From a virus (Duplodnaviria > Caudoviricetes): a stretch of DNA of 52,468 bases. Made by a program: the position numbers and the translations under genes. The notes below the pieces were generated by a model. It ran no database searches and had not been told where the DNA came from. It saw only the letters and a list, made by a program, of their open reading frames with translations. The stretch is from IMG/VR virus record IMGVR_UViG_3300033153_008490, positions 1-52,468 of that record. The stretch is one strand, 5' to 3'. This document shows, piece after piece, positions 27,773 through 37,329 of the stretch; the stretch's first letter is position 1, and each line of letters begins with the position of its first letter.

Positions 27773-28054
27773 ATGGCCATTACGTGGAAGATTGATACTA
27801 CTAATGTGAATGTGAGCAGTGGACGAGCGACCATCAACTTTACACGAACGGACACGGAGAGTGCGCTTGCGCCCCAGAATTATCGGTTCCAAAATACGCC
27901 CATCGACTCGGGGCCGGAACGAGCGGCGCTACTCAACACAGTGAAAGGAAAGGTAGAAGAGGATGCCGACCACGATGCGGCGGTAGATGCGGTCATTACC
28001 GATTTGGAGCAGACGGGAATTAGTCATTTGGAAGCGTGGGAAGCAACACGCTAA
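27773..28054 (+). CDS. Hypothetical virion protein
   Basis: 93-aa ORF with AGGAG RBS. Confidence 0.6.
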   Translation: MAITWKIDTTNVNVSSGRATINFTRTDTESALAPQNYRFQNTPIDSGPERAALLNTVKGKVEEDADHDAAVDAVITDLEQTGISHLEAWEATR

Positions 28055-28111
28055 TAGAAAGGATGGTGTACCATCGCTAATACAGGATATGATTATGGAG
28101 CATGGGCATTT

Positions 28112-28492
28112 GTGCAGGATGATGGTGGGACCGATTGGGATGCGGATGCACTGGCTGATAACGCCACCGAGACGAGTAATACAGCTATCTCACTGGACAA
28201 GAAAGCGGCGTGTATCATCGGCCTGTTTGTCTTGGAAGACACGGGCGCGATTGATGGTGTGGTGACAGTGTACGTATTGGGTGATGGTGCGGGTGTTGCG
28301 TATGAAGAGACGACGATAGGCAGTCCATATAGTTTTACCTTTACGCCTACTGCCTCAGACACAACGTATATCCAGTTCTCCATCGATCCGAGGCACTATG
28401 ACAACTTCAAGATTGCGGTGAAAAATGAAAGCGGTCAGTCGCTGGCCGTCTCGATCAAATACAAGACCGCTGATATCCCGGTTGCGAGTTAA
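28112..28492 (+). CDS. Putative virion structural protein (frame is open back to ATC 28073)
   Basis: Beta-rich acidic ORF in the structural operon. Confidence 0.6.
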   Translation: MQDDGGTDWDADALADNATETSNTAISLDKKAACIIGLFVLEDTGAIDGVVTVYVLGDGAGVAYEETTIGSPYSFTFTPTASDTTYIQFSIDPRHYDNFKIAVKNESGQSLAVSIKYKTADIPVAS

Positions 28493-28495
28493 CCT

Positions 28496-30865
28496 ATGAT
28501 TCTCAAGCCACCTAAAGGAGCTTTGCCAGTTCGCGGCCATTGGTCTATGGACGGTTGTACCGGTCTATGGTTGATGAATGAGGGTGGTGGGAATACTGTT
28601 GCTGACCTGAGCGGGAATGGGAACCATCTATCGTTTGTGAATCCCCCGACGTGGGTAGCAAGTCAGTATGGTCCTGCTTTAGATTTTAATGGCAGTACCA
28701 ACTATATAAATACGACAGGACCAGTTGCACAAGCACCACTCGGAAACTTCACATTGTGTTCGTGGTTGCGTCCAGATACGCTTTCTGCTGATGACTGTGC
28801 AATTATTTTCTATGGCACAGATGATCTTGCATTCCTGCCAAACGACAATGCGGACGGCAATGGCGGATATCGCGTGTTCTGGCGTGACCGTGGCAGCAAC
28901 GTCGTTCTTGAGAATCCAGGACCGGATTTGTCCGGCTTATGGATTCACATGTGTTTCACGCGAGAAGACGACACGTTCACTTCATACCGCAACGGCGTTC
29001 AGGTGGATCAAGATACTTTAGGTGCCGGAACAGAAGGACCATTTACGGGGTTTCGTGTTGGGAGCTTTGAAGGGAATCAGTACTTCGACGGAACTATCAG
29101 TGATGTTGCTGTGTGGAATCGGGCCCTCATCCCCACTGAAATCACTAGCCTCTACGCTAACCCGTATCAGATGTTTGAGAACGATCCGATTGAGTTATGG
29201 ACGGCGGCGAGCGGCGGTGGGGCTGCTGCAAGTACCTACAGTCGTGGTGATTATGCGGGACTTCCGGCAGATGATACGACTCTTGAAAACGTGTTTACGG
29301 CGGGTGAAGTTGCCCAAGTTGGAGCTGATGATGGGGATAGGGTCGCCCAAACAGCAACGTCTGAATACGCAATATTCCAATTCCGTGATGATATTGGCGC
29401 GAATCTCTACGTTGATGCGACGTGGGACGGTCAAAGTGATTTAGCACCTTCAACCACAACTGTATATCTGCAAGTCTATAATCAAAACACAACTACGTGG
29501 GAGACAGTAGACAGTAATTCCGCTGCGGCAGCGAATACAGACTTCACGCTAGGCGGGTTTAAGAAGAACACCACTGATTACATAGATGGTGCGAATTATA
29601 TAGCATTTCGCATCTATCAGGATGACGACCAAGACGGCGGCATATCGTTAAAGACCGATTACTGGGATGTCTACACTTCGGCAACGACGAGTACAACATC
29701 CACCACCACGACGACTTCAACGACTACAACAACTTCGACTACGACAACTTCATCTACCACAACGAGTACAACTTCCAGTACCAGCTCTACTGCTAGTACA
29801 ACTTCGTCAACGAGTTCGACTACTTCTACGACGAGTTCTACCACTTCTACCACGAGTTCCACATCATCTACAGCGAGCACAACATCAAGTACGTCTAGCA
29901 CCACTTCTACGACGAGCAGTACATCTAGCACTGCCAGCACAACCTCTAGTACGTCCAGCTCAACCTCTAGTACCGCCAGTACCACATCGAGCACAAGTTC
30001 TAGCACGTCCAGCACCGCGAGTACTACGTCTAGCACAACAAGCTCATCATCCAGTACGGCAAGTACGAGTACATCCTCTAGTACTAGTAGCACAGCGAGC
30101 ACTAGTACGACTTCCAGTACGACCAGTTCATCTAGCACCGCTTCCACTTCCTCGTCGTCATCCAGTACTACATCTTCGGCAACATCGTCCAGCACCAGCA
30201 GTACTACGTCATCATCTTCATCCACGGCGTCTACTAGTAGCACATCCTCGTCCACATCATCTTCGTCCAGTACGGCAAGTACGTCCAGTACTAGCAGTTC
30301 CACCAGCTCAACCGCGTCCACATCAAGCACTTCGTCCTCCAGCAGTAGTACCGCATCTACGTCAAGTACCAGTTCATCTACCAGTAGTTCAAGTAGTACA
30401 GCTAGCACATCCAGTACCAGTACCGCCACATCGTCCAGCACTTCGTCCAGTACAACCTCCTCCACCACGACAACGGGTGCGCCTGTCACCTACGCAAAGG
30501 AGATATGGCATAACATGGAAACGGATACAACATTATACGCATGTCGATTTACTGAAGCGGGGGATGTCTTCTTAGCAGACGGCTCATCGTCGGAAGAGTG
30601 GGGTACGGGGGGACACACCTCCGATGACTATGCCGTAGCGATGGCCGAAGTGGATGATAGTGGGTATTACCATGCTCGGTTTGACGCAGAGGGTAATATT
30701 TCCGACGGCCTCTACAACGTTGTCATATATAAACAAGTGGGTCTATATCCGAAAGATGCTGACCCATCGGTAGGACAAGGGGAGATAGATTGGCGCGACG
30801 GGGAAGAGTTTACAAAAGGCGTGCTCCATGCCGATCTCAAACAGCGCACAGGACCGTGGATATAG
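28496..30865 (+). CDS. LamG/concanavalin-A-like domain virion protein with 267-aa mucin-like Ser/Thr stalk
   Basis: GLWLMNEGGG.TV.DLSGNGN...ALDFNG...YFDG.I.DVAVWNRAL...EI..LY (LamG), followed by the S/T/A tract 29675-30475. Confidence 0.88.
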   Translation: MILKPPKGALPVRGHWSMDGCTGLWLMNEGGGNTVADLSGNGNHLSFVNPPTWVASQYGPALDFNGSTNYINTTGPVAQAPLGNFTLCSWLRPDTLSADDCAIIFYGTDDLAFLPNDNADGNGGYRVFWRDRGSNVVLENPGPDLSGLWIHMCFTREDDTFTSYRNGVQVDQDTLGAGTEGPFTGFRVGSFEGNQYFDGTISDVAVWNRALIPTEITSLYANPYQMFENDPIELWTAASGGGAAASTYSRGDYAGLPADDTTLENVFTAGEVAQVGADDGDRVAQTATSEYAIFQFRDDIGANLYVDATWDGQSDLAPSTTTVYLQVYNQNTTTWETVDSNSAAAANTDFTLGGFKKNTTDYIDGANYIAFRIYQDDDQDGGISLKTDYWDVYTSATTSTTSTTTTTSTTTTTSTTTTSSTTTSTTSSTSSTASTTSSTSSTTSTTSSTTSTTSSTSSTASTTSSTSSTTSTTSSTSSTASTTSSTSSSTSSTASTTSSTSSSTSSTASTTSSTTSSSSSTASTSTSSSTSSTASTSTTSSTTSSSSTASTSSSSSSTTSSATSSSTSSTTSSSSSTASTSSTSSSTSSSSSTASTSSTSSSTSSTASTSSTSSSSSSTASTSSTSSSTSSSSSTASTSSTSTATSSSTSSSTTSSTTTTGAPVTYAKEIWHNMETDTTLYACRFTEAGDVFLADGSSSEEWGTGGHTSDDYAVAMAEVDDSGYYHARFDAEGNISDGLYNVVIYKQVGLYPKDADPSVGQGEIDWRDGEEFTKGVLHADLKQRTGPWI

Positions 30866-30875
30866 GTAGCAACTA

Positions 30876-32378
30876 ATGGCTATTGTAGACTTTACAGCAG
30901 GTTGGACAGAAGTAGACACCAGTGGCGTTATTACCGTCACGTCCGCCACTCGTCTGGACTACGATGGGGTGCCGCGCGATGATGATGCGCAGTATTACAA
31001 AGACTACGGCGCGGCCTACTTCTCTGGCGACTTCACGCATACGTTTAAATGCCAAATCAACTCCGCTGGGTCTACCACTTTCGCGGAGGTGATTCCGTGG
31101 GCGTTGTCAAATACGGCGGGGGGTGATAGAACAACGTGGATAGGCAACAGTGAAGATTTTGTCATGTTCATGCTGTACGAGGGGGCGGAAGGCGCTTACG
31201 CACTGGAGTCACGTCTGTATGAAGGCGGGGTGAAGGTTGACTCAGATGTGTACGTCTGCTCCGCCAACACAACCTACTATATCAATGTTACACGTAATTA
31301 TGATGGGGGGGCCAATTCAACCGGTCGTTACACCTTCTACATTTGTACGGGTAATTATCTGGACGACCCAGGCTCCACCGTCGTAGATACACACGTGTTG
31401 GACGCTTCGGTTGGGGAGCAAAACTCGTTCCAATATCTCTACGCATGTCAAAACCGCAATGACGCTAGTGCGGGTAACACTATCGATGGGTTTATTGAAG
31501 ATTTGGATTTACACGGGGGGACTACGTCAACCACGAGTTCCTCCACAACGACGAGTACCAGCAGTACCGCCAGTACTAGCTCCACCTCATCGTCTACTAC
31601 CAGCTCAGCTTCAAGTTCATCTACCAGCTCGTCTACGTCTACGACCACGTCGTCCAGCTCCACCGCTTCAACGTCGAGTAGTTCTAGTTCCACCACCTCC
31701 ACAAGTTCAACTGCTTCAACATCAAGTAGTTCTAGTTCTACCACGTCTACATCAAGTACAACCAGCTCAACAGCTAGTTCTACATCCACCACTACGTCGT
31801 CAAGCTCATCCACATCCTCATCCTCCTCATCCACTACCACCACGTCGCCCGGCGAAACAGCGATACAGTGCACCAGTGGAACTTACGATATTACCAGCCA
31901 AATTACCATCTTCACGTACACGAACAATACTACCCAAGTGCAAATATGCCAAGGCGTAGTCTCCTTCGGTGATGGGATTAACGACCTAAGCGGTACCGCC
32001 GTCACAATGGAGATGACGTTGGGGTTTGGTGGCCAAACCAATCAGCCTAATGCGCAATACGTCTCCTTCGATACGACAACGCGATCATCTATCTTTACTC
32101 AGCAATTCCCTCTACCTGTGGGCCAATCCGTTACGTTCAAAGTTAAGAGCCAAAACGCTTCCGACTCTTCCGTGTGGATACGCGCGTGTTTGTATGAGGT
32201 CGGCGTGGAATCTATTCGGGATGACTTGGAAGATATTATCGACGATCTCACGGCATTGTTTGCCAGATCTCAGGTACTCGTCAACACGTACGATACGACG
32301 GGTGCGGCTGGTAAAGGTGCGGGGGTCATTCCAACAGGACAGTCAACCAACATTGGTATATATCCAGGGACTACATAA
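30876..32378 (+). CDS. Virion protein with 109-aa mucin-like Ser/Thr linker
   Basis: Two beta-rich domains separated by the S/T/A tract 31521-31847. Confidence 0.8.
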   Translation: MAIVDFTAGWTEVDTSGVITVTSATRLDYDGVPRDDDAQYYKDYGAAYFSGDFTHTFKCQINSAGSTTFAEVIPWALSNTAGGDRTTWIGNSEDFVMFMLYEGAEGAYALESRLYEGGVKVDSDVYVCSANTTYYINVTRNYDGGANSTGRYTFYICTGNYLDDPGSTVVDTHVLDASVGEQNSFQYLYACQNRNDASAGNTIDGFIEDLDLHGGTTSTTSSSTTTSTSSTASTSSTSSSTTSSASSSSTSSSTSTTTSSSSTASTSSSSSSTTSTSSTASTSSSSSSTTSTSSTTSSTASSTSTTTSSSSSTSSSSSSTTTTSPGETAIQCTSGTYDITSQITIFTYTNNTTQVQICQGVVSFGDGINDLSGTAVTMEMTLGFGGQTNQPNAQYVSFDTTTRSSIFTQQFPLPVGQSVTFKVKSQNASDSSVWIRACLYEVGVESIRDDLEDIIDDLTALFARSQVLVNTYDTTGAAGKGAGVIPTGQSTNIGIYPGTT

Positions 32379-35215
32379 TGAAGACGCCAGTCGTATCGTT
32401 CAATAGTGGAGAATTATCGCCCATGATCGACGCCAGGAGCGACGTAGATAAATATCGCGCCGGGTGCCGAACACTGGAAAATATGATTCCACGAATCTAT
32501 GGCCCGGCAACGCGCCGCCCCGGTACGAAATACATTGACACGTGTGGCGGGGAAGCGCGACTTATCCCCTTCATCTACAGTAATAGTATCGCCTATATGT
32601 GTCTCCTGGAAGACTCGGTGATGTATTTCTATTACAATGGAGGACGGTTGAATGATGGGGGGGGAGCGCGTGTGAGTCTGACCACCCCCTACGCGGCTGG
32701 GGATCTCGCTGAAATCCAGTACAAGCAATCCAACGACGTATTGTGGTTGATACATCCAGATTATGCGCCACGCAAACTAATCCGCACGAGTGCGACCACG
32801 TTTACGCTAACCTCTATCGTGTTTAACAATGGGCCATTTCAAAAGCGGCACGACCTTTCGCATGATGATGGTGTAACACTAACACCTTCCAGCACTTTCG
32901 CGGTGGCCGATGATGATATATCCAACACGGCGAGTGCATATTTTGCCAGCAGTGAATATGACGACAATATGGACGCCTCGAAAGCGTTTGATGATAGGAC
33001 GACGGGTGCGGGTTGTTATTGGCAAACCGCAGTCAATAGTTACGATGACCAATATGTGGGTTGTCAATTTGCCACTGGGAAGGTTATAAAACAAGTTCGT
33101 ATTGCGCCATTCGCCACCAAACCATCCATTTCACTATTTGACGCATGGGCCTACAACCCGCGCTATATCCAAATCGACGCTTCCAATGATGGCGTCACTT
33201 GGACGAAGATATCGATTAACGATTGGGGGATTAACTCTAGCGCATGGAACACCGATGGGGCTGAACTTGATAATGTTACCAGTCCAGGTACGTGGGCACA
33301 GTTAAAGTTGGACAACACGACGGCATATACATATTGGCGGGTCTACGTCCATGAAACATGGGGCACGCTCGTTCTCCGCATTAACGAAATTGAGTTCATT
33401 GCGAACACAACCACATTTGAAGATGAAGTGACGCTAACCGCTTCCGAGGCCATATTTGACGCAGAGCAAGTAGGATCACTCTTCTCCTTAACCCAACAAC
33501 GTGAGAATACGAACGTCTCCGGCTCGTCCACGAATCCGACCACAGGTTACACAGACGACATCCTCGTGGAAGGCGCGTTTACGTTCACTACGCACGGCAC
33601 GTGGACAGGGACGGTGTTACTAGAGCGAAGTATTAATAGGCAAGTCTGGGAGACGTTCCGCAAGTGGACATCAGATGCGGATTTGAACGTGCAATACACG
33701 GGACAGGAAGACCACACCAACGTATACTATCGCATCAACGTCGAGTCCATGTCGGCTAATACGTCTCCCGGCACGGGGGGCATGGCCAGCAAGATCAAGT
33801 ATGATATCAGTGTGAATAGCTCTACGCAGACCGGTATCTGTCGTGTGATTGCGTACAACAGCACCACTGAAGTGGAGGTGGACATACTCAAACCCTTCGC
33901 ATCGACCGATCCATCCGAACGATGGGCGGAAGGAAGTTGGTCAGACTATCGTGGATGGCCCCGCACCATGACGTTCTTCGAGAATCGCACGGTTTACGCC
34001 GGGAATGCAAACCAATTGCAAACCGTTTGGCTCAGTGCGATTGATGATTTTGAAAACTTCGCCGTGGGTACGAATGATGATGAGTCGTTTAGCCTCACCA
34101 TGTCGAGTGATACGAGGAATGCGATTCAATGGATTAGTGCGTTGGACGCTCTCCTTGTGGGTACGGCGGCAGGTGAATGGCGTATTCGTTCCAGTAGTGA
34201 TGATGAGCCACTGACTCCCAGCAACTTCTCTTTCAAACAGCAATCTAGTCGTGGGTCTAAGTCGCTACAAGCACTCCCCGCCAACGAGGCGATATTGTTC
34301 GTAGACTCGGTGGGCCGCAAAATACGAGAAGTCGCCTATGATGGAAGTCGGTATAAGTTCGTTGCGAGGGATTTGACGGCGCTGGCCGAACATATTACCT
34401 CCGGCGGCGTCACTACAATAGCACTACAAAAGAATCCAGACCCCATCCTATGGTCCGTAGCAGATAATGTGTTGCTTAGCATGACCTACGAGCGCGAGCA
34501 AGAGGTAATTGCGTGGGCGAGACATCCCTTTGAAGGGGCGGATACGGCGGGTGTGATTACGGATAACGTCGGGCCAAACGACGTAGCGGTTATACCCGGT
34601 ACGAATGAGGATGAGGTGTGGCTTATTGTCGGTCGTGTGATCGGTGGGGCGCTTGTTCGTCATTTAGACCAGATGCAGCCGAGGAATGTAGATGCCCAAG
34701 AAGACATGTGGTTTGTGGACGGGGGGTTGGATTACGACAGCACCGCCACGACTACGTTCAGTGGGTTGGATCACTTGGAAGGTGAAGAGGTTTACATCTT
34801 GGCCGATGGCGCGGTACAACCACCGAAGACAGTGGTGAGTGGTGCGATTACGCTATCCGAATCAGCAAGTCGTGTTATCGTTGGTCTGCCCTTCCGCTAT
34901 ACCCTACAGCCTATGCGGTTTGATATGGAGATACAGGGCACGACGAAGGGGACCCTGAAACGGTTTGCCGAAGTGGTAGTCAGCTTCTATCGTACGTCCA
35001 ACGCCAACTATGGTGAAGATGTGGATCATCTCTTTGAAATAGATTGGCGCGGTGAAGAAGCGTATGGAACCGCCCCTGCACTATACACGGGTGATAAGAT
35101 TGTTGCACATGAAGGTGGGTTTAGTGCCGAGGATCCGTTTATCATCACTGGAAATGACCCCTTACCTTGTACGGTTCGCGCGATTATCCCCCGTGTGAAC
35201 GTTGGAGGACGATAA
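32378..35215 (+). CDS. Tail tubular protein B / nozzle with inserted F5/8 type C (discoidin) domain
   Basis: SFNSGELSP...RSD...Y...C..LENM.P...G.A.RRPGT, GWP....F..NR and AWARH. The insert reads ASSEY....ASKAFD...W...YIQIDASNDGVTW...Y.YWRV...INEIEF. Confidence 0.88.
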   Translation: MKTPVVSFNSGELSPMIDARSDVDKYRAGCRTLENMIPRIYGPATRRPGTKYIDTCGGEARLIPFIYSNSIAYMCLLEDSVMYFYYNGGRLNDGGGARVSLTTPYAAGDLAEIQYKQSNDVLWLIHPDYAPRKLIRTSATTFTLTSIVFNNGPFQKRHDLSHDDGVTLTPSSTFAVADDDISNTASAYFASSEYDDNMDASKAFDDRTTGAGCYWQTAVNSYDDQYVGCQFATGKVIKQVRIAPFATKPSISLFDAWAYNPRYIQIDASNDGVTWTKISINDWGINSSAWNTDGAELDNVTSPGTWAQLKLDNTTAYTYWRVYVHETWGTLVLRINEIEFIANTTTFEDEVTLTASEAIFDAEQVGSLFSLTQQRENTNVSGSSTNPTTGYTDDILVEGAFTFTTHGTWTGTVLLERSINRQVWETFRKWTSDADLNVQYTGQEDHTNVYYRINVESMSANTSPGTGGMASKIKYDISVNSSTQTGICRVIAYNSTTEVEVDILKPFASTDPSERWAEGSWSDYRGWPRTMTFFENRTVYAGNANQLQTVWLSAIDDFENFAVGTNDDESFSLTMSSDTRNAIQWISALDALLVGTAAGEWRIRSSSDDEPLTPSNFSFKQQSSRGSKSLQALPANEAILFVDSVGRKIREVAYDGSRYKFVARDLTALAEHITSGGVTTIALQKNPDPILWSVADNVLLSMTYEREQEVIAWARHPFEGADTAGVITDNVGPNDVAVIPGTNEDEVWLIVGRVIGGALVRHLDQMQPRNVDAQEDMWFVDGGLDYDSTATTTFSGLDHLEGEEVYILADGAVQPPKTVVSGAITLSESASRVIVGLPFRYTLQPMRFDMEIQGTTKGTLKRFAEVVVSFYRTSNANYGEDVDHLFEIDWRGEEAYGTAPALYTGDKIVAHEGGFSAEDPFIITGNDPLPCTVRAIIPRVNVGGR

Positions 35216-35730
35216 TGTTTGGTAAACTAATGTCAGCAGGCGGTTCAGCCGTATCCGCCTACGGTTCGTATAACGCAGGCAAAGCCGCTATGAAGAACGC
35301 GCGATACAACGCACGTATGTCTATGCTGCAATCGGAAACGCTGAAAGCGAAGACCACCTTTGACCAAGTTACACAAGTACGCAAAGGTGAGAAAGTCATG
35401 GGCGCGTTGCGGGCGAAGTTAGGCGCTTCCGGTGCGATGATGAGCGAAGGTGCGGGGCTTGAATTGCAGACAGAACAAGCGTGGGAATTAGCCCAAGAAA
35501 ACATGCTTATCGGCGTGGAAGGTAGACGTGATGCTGCGGCGGCGGAAGCACAAGCACACGTTGCTCTAACACAGGGACGTAATGCTCGTTCTGCTGCTCG
35601 CGGGCAAGCCTTCGCCACGTTGTTGAGCGGTGGTGGTCAAATGGCTGACTCCGGTATGTTCGGCAGTATCAAAAGCGCATTCAGCGGTGGTGGTGCAAGT
35701 AGTAGTATCCTTAGTGGTGCTGGCTTTTAG
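35215..35730 (+). CDS. Internal virion protein (T7 gp14-like)
   Basis: Ala/Gly-rich helical sequence with RA..GASG motif, directly after tubular B. Confidence 0.7.
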   Translation: MFGKLMSAGGSAVSAYGSYNAGKAAMKNARYNARMSMLQSETLKAKTTFDQVTQVRKGEKVMGALRAKLGASGAMMSEGAGLELQTEQAWELAQENMLIGVEGRRDAAAAEAQAHVALTQGRNARSAARGQAFATLLSGGGQMADSGMFGSIKSAFSGGGASSSILSGAGF

Positions 35731-35757
35731 CGGTGAAACATAGAGTGGGGTAATCCA

Positions 35758-37329
35758 ATGGCAAAGTTTCCGATATACCAAAGTCAAGCAGCCTACTCAG
35801 CGAAGCCTGTGGGCGCACCTGCCGATTTGGGGGGTGAGGCGGTGGGCCGCGCTATGTCACAGATTGGCCGCGCAGCTGTTACGATTGGCACGCAGTACTT
35901 TAAGCGCCAGCATGATAGCCAAGTAGAGTTCGCTGAGATAGAAGCTAAGGCAATTATTGCCAAGGCCGAGCAAGAGATGGAAGACTCGGTTGACGAGGGG
36001 GACTATCCAACAATTTGGGCGCAAGCACAGGCCGAACTCGCCGCTCTCAGTGGTGATATGAGTAACTCAGCGGCCAAGAACGACTGGGCTACCCGTGTGC
36101 GACAGATAGAGGTGGATGGGGATGCTTTCGTCGCAGGGGCACAAGCCAAACGCATTGACGACAAGCAGCAATACATCTTATCGACCAAAATCGCCGAAAT
36201 GCGTGAGTCAGGTGATATTACTAAATTGGACGCCTATACCCAGAGGCAAGTCAATCTCAACACCATGTCGGCGGAGGAGCGAGATACCATTCTGGCTCAA
36301 GCAAGGCCTGTCGCTGAGGAAGCTAGTCGCAAAAACATGCTCGACGCGGCTATGGTGGTCGCGCAAGACTCTCCCCAGCAAATTATCAGCACATCCCTTG
36401 CGGACCTGCGAGCTACCTATCCTTCCTTACACTCCCGTGATGTACTAAGTCTGAAGTCTGTCGCACAATATGCGCAAGATGATGAGGAACGTGCAGAGAA
36501 AGCATTCCTGGTTAATCTTAAATCAGATGCACTATCCAAGGCCGAGATAGGCATGCCCATCACTGAGTTCTCCAACATGCTAAGCCAAACACCCAGCCTT
36601 GATGTGGATGATCGCTTGGAACTCACTCGCACGTTCAAGAATGCGCGCCATATATTCGACACGACCGGCGAAGATCCGTGGAAGCAAACACAGAACAGTG
36701 AGACGCTTGGCAGAGCACTTCTTGACATCCTCGGCCCCAACGATCCGACGGTGGTGCACGGCCCGGAAGACATTTACGACTTGTGGATGGCAGATGGCAC
36801 ACCCCAATGGTCTATCAATGATTACTTTATGGTTAGCAACCTGTGGACCGACCAACATATACAAGGTGCCGCAGCGGGTTGGAGTCGTAGTTTTCCCACC
36901 GTTGCGTTCGGAACGGACCAAATCGAGAGAGCGGTGTTTAAGGGCGTGGAAGAACCAACGCCTGAGATGTTTGCCGAGTATCATCGTGCGCTATCCATGT
37001 GGATTACCGAGTCACAGAAGCCGGAAGTGTTTGGCAGTCCTGAAAAGATGGCCGCTGCGTTGGACACAATACTAATACCTATTCAGAAGGAGAAGTCTGT
37101 GGGCTTTCTGAAGTGGCTCACCACGTTGACTCCCCCGATGCAAGCATATAAACTGGGTAAGAAGATGATATTGGACACAGAGGGACCAGCCGGTAACACC
37201 GTACCGCTCAGTATGCCCTTCTTTGGCCACGAAGCTATGTTTATGCCTGACATGTCAGAGGGTAATCCTTATAGCTTCGCCCCGAAGAAGGAGAAGGAGA
37301 AGGAGAAGAAGGAAGGGGAGTCTAAATGA
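35758..37329 (+). CDS. Internal virion (ejection) protein
   Basis: MAKFPIY N-terminus, Ala/Gln-rich helical composition and position. Confidence 0.65.
   Translation: MAKFPIYQSQAAYSAKPVGAPADLGGEAVGRAMSQIGRAAVTIGTQYFKRQHDSQVEFAEIEAKAIIAKAEQEMEDSVDEGDYPTIWAQAQAELAALSGDMSNSAAKNDWATRVRQIEVDGDAFVAGAQAKRIDDKQQYILSTKIAEMRESGDITKLDAYTQRQVNLNTMSAEERDTILAQARPVAEEASRKNMLDAAMVVAQDSPQQIISTSLADLRATYPSLHSRDVLSLKSVAQYAQDDEERAEKAFLVNLKSDALSKAEIGMPITEFSNMLSQTPSLDVDDRLELTRTFKNARHIFDTTGEDPWKQTQNSETLGRALLDILGPNDPTVVHGPEDIYDLWMADGTPQWSINDYFMVSNLWTDQHIQGAAAGWSRSFPTVAFGTDQIERAVFKGVEEPTPEMFAEYHRALSMWITESQKPEVFGSPEKMAAALDTILIPIQKEKSVGFLKWLTTLTPPMQAYKLGKKMILDTEGPAGNTVPLSMPFFGHEAMFMPDMSEGNPYSFAPKKEKEKEKKEGESK

Noticed and set aside
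9926-31873. Long antisense or alternate-frame ORFs rich in V/L/D/E or R/P/Q (9926..10504, 29667..30575, 29671..30489, 31448..31873)
   Set aside because: They are shadows of the S/T codon tracts, with no RBS or independent domain.
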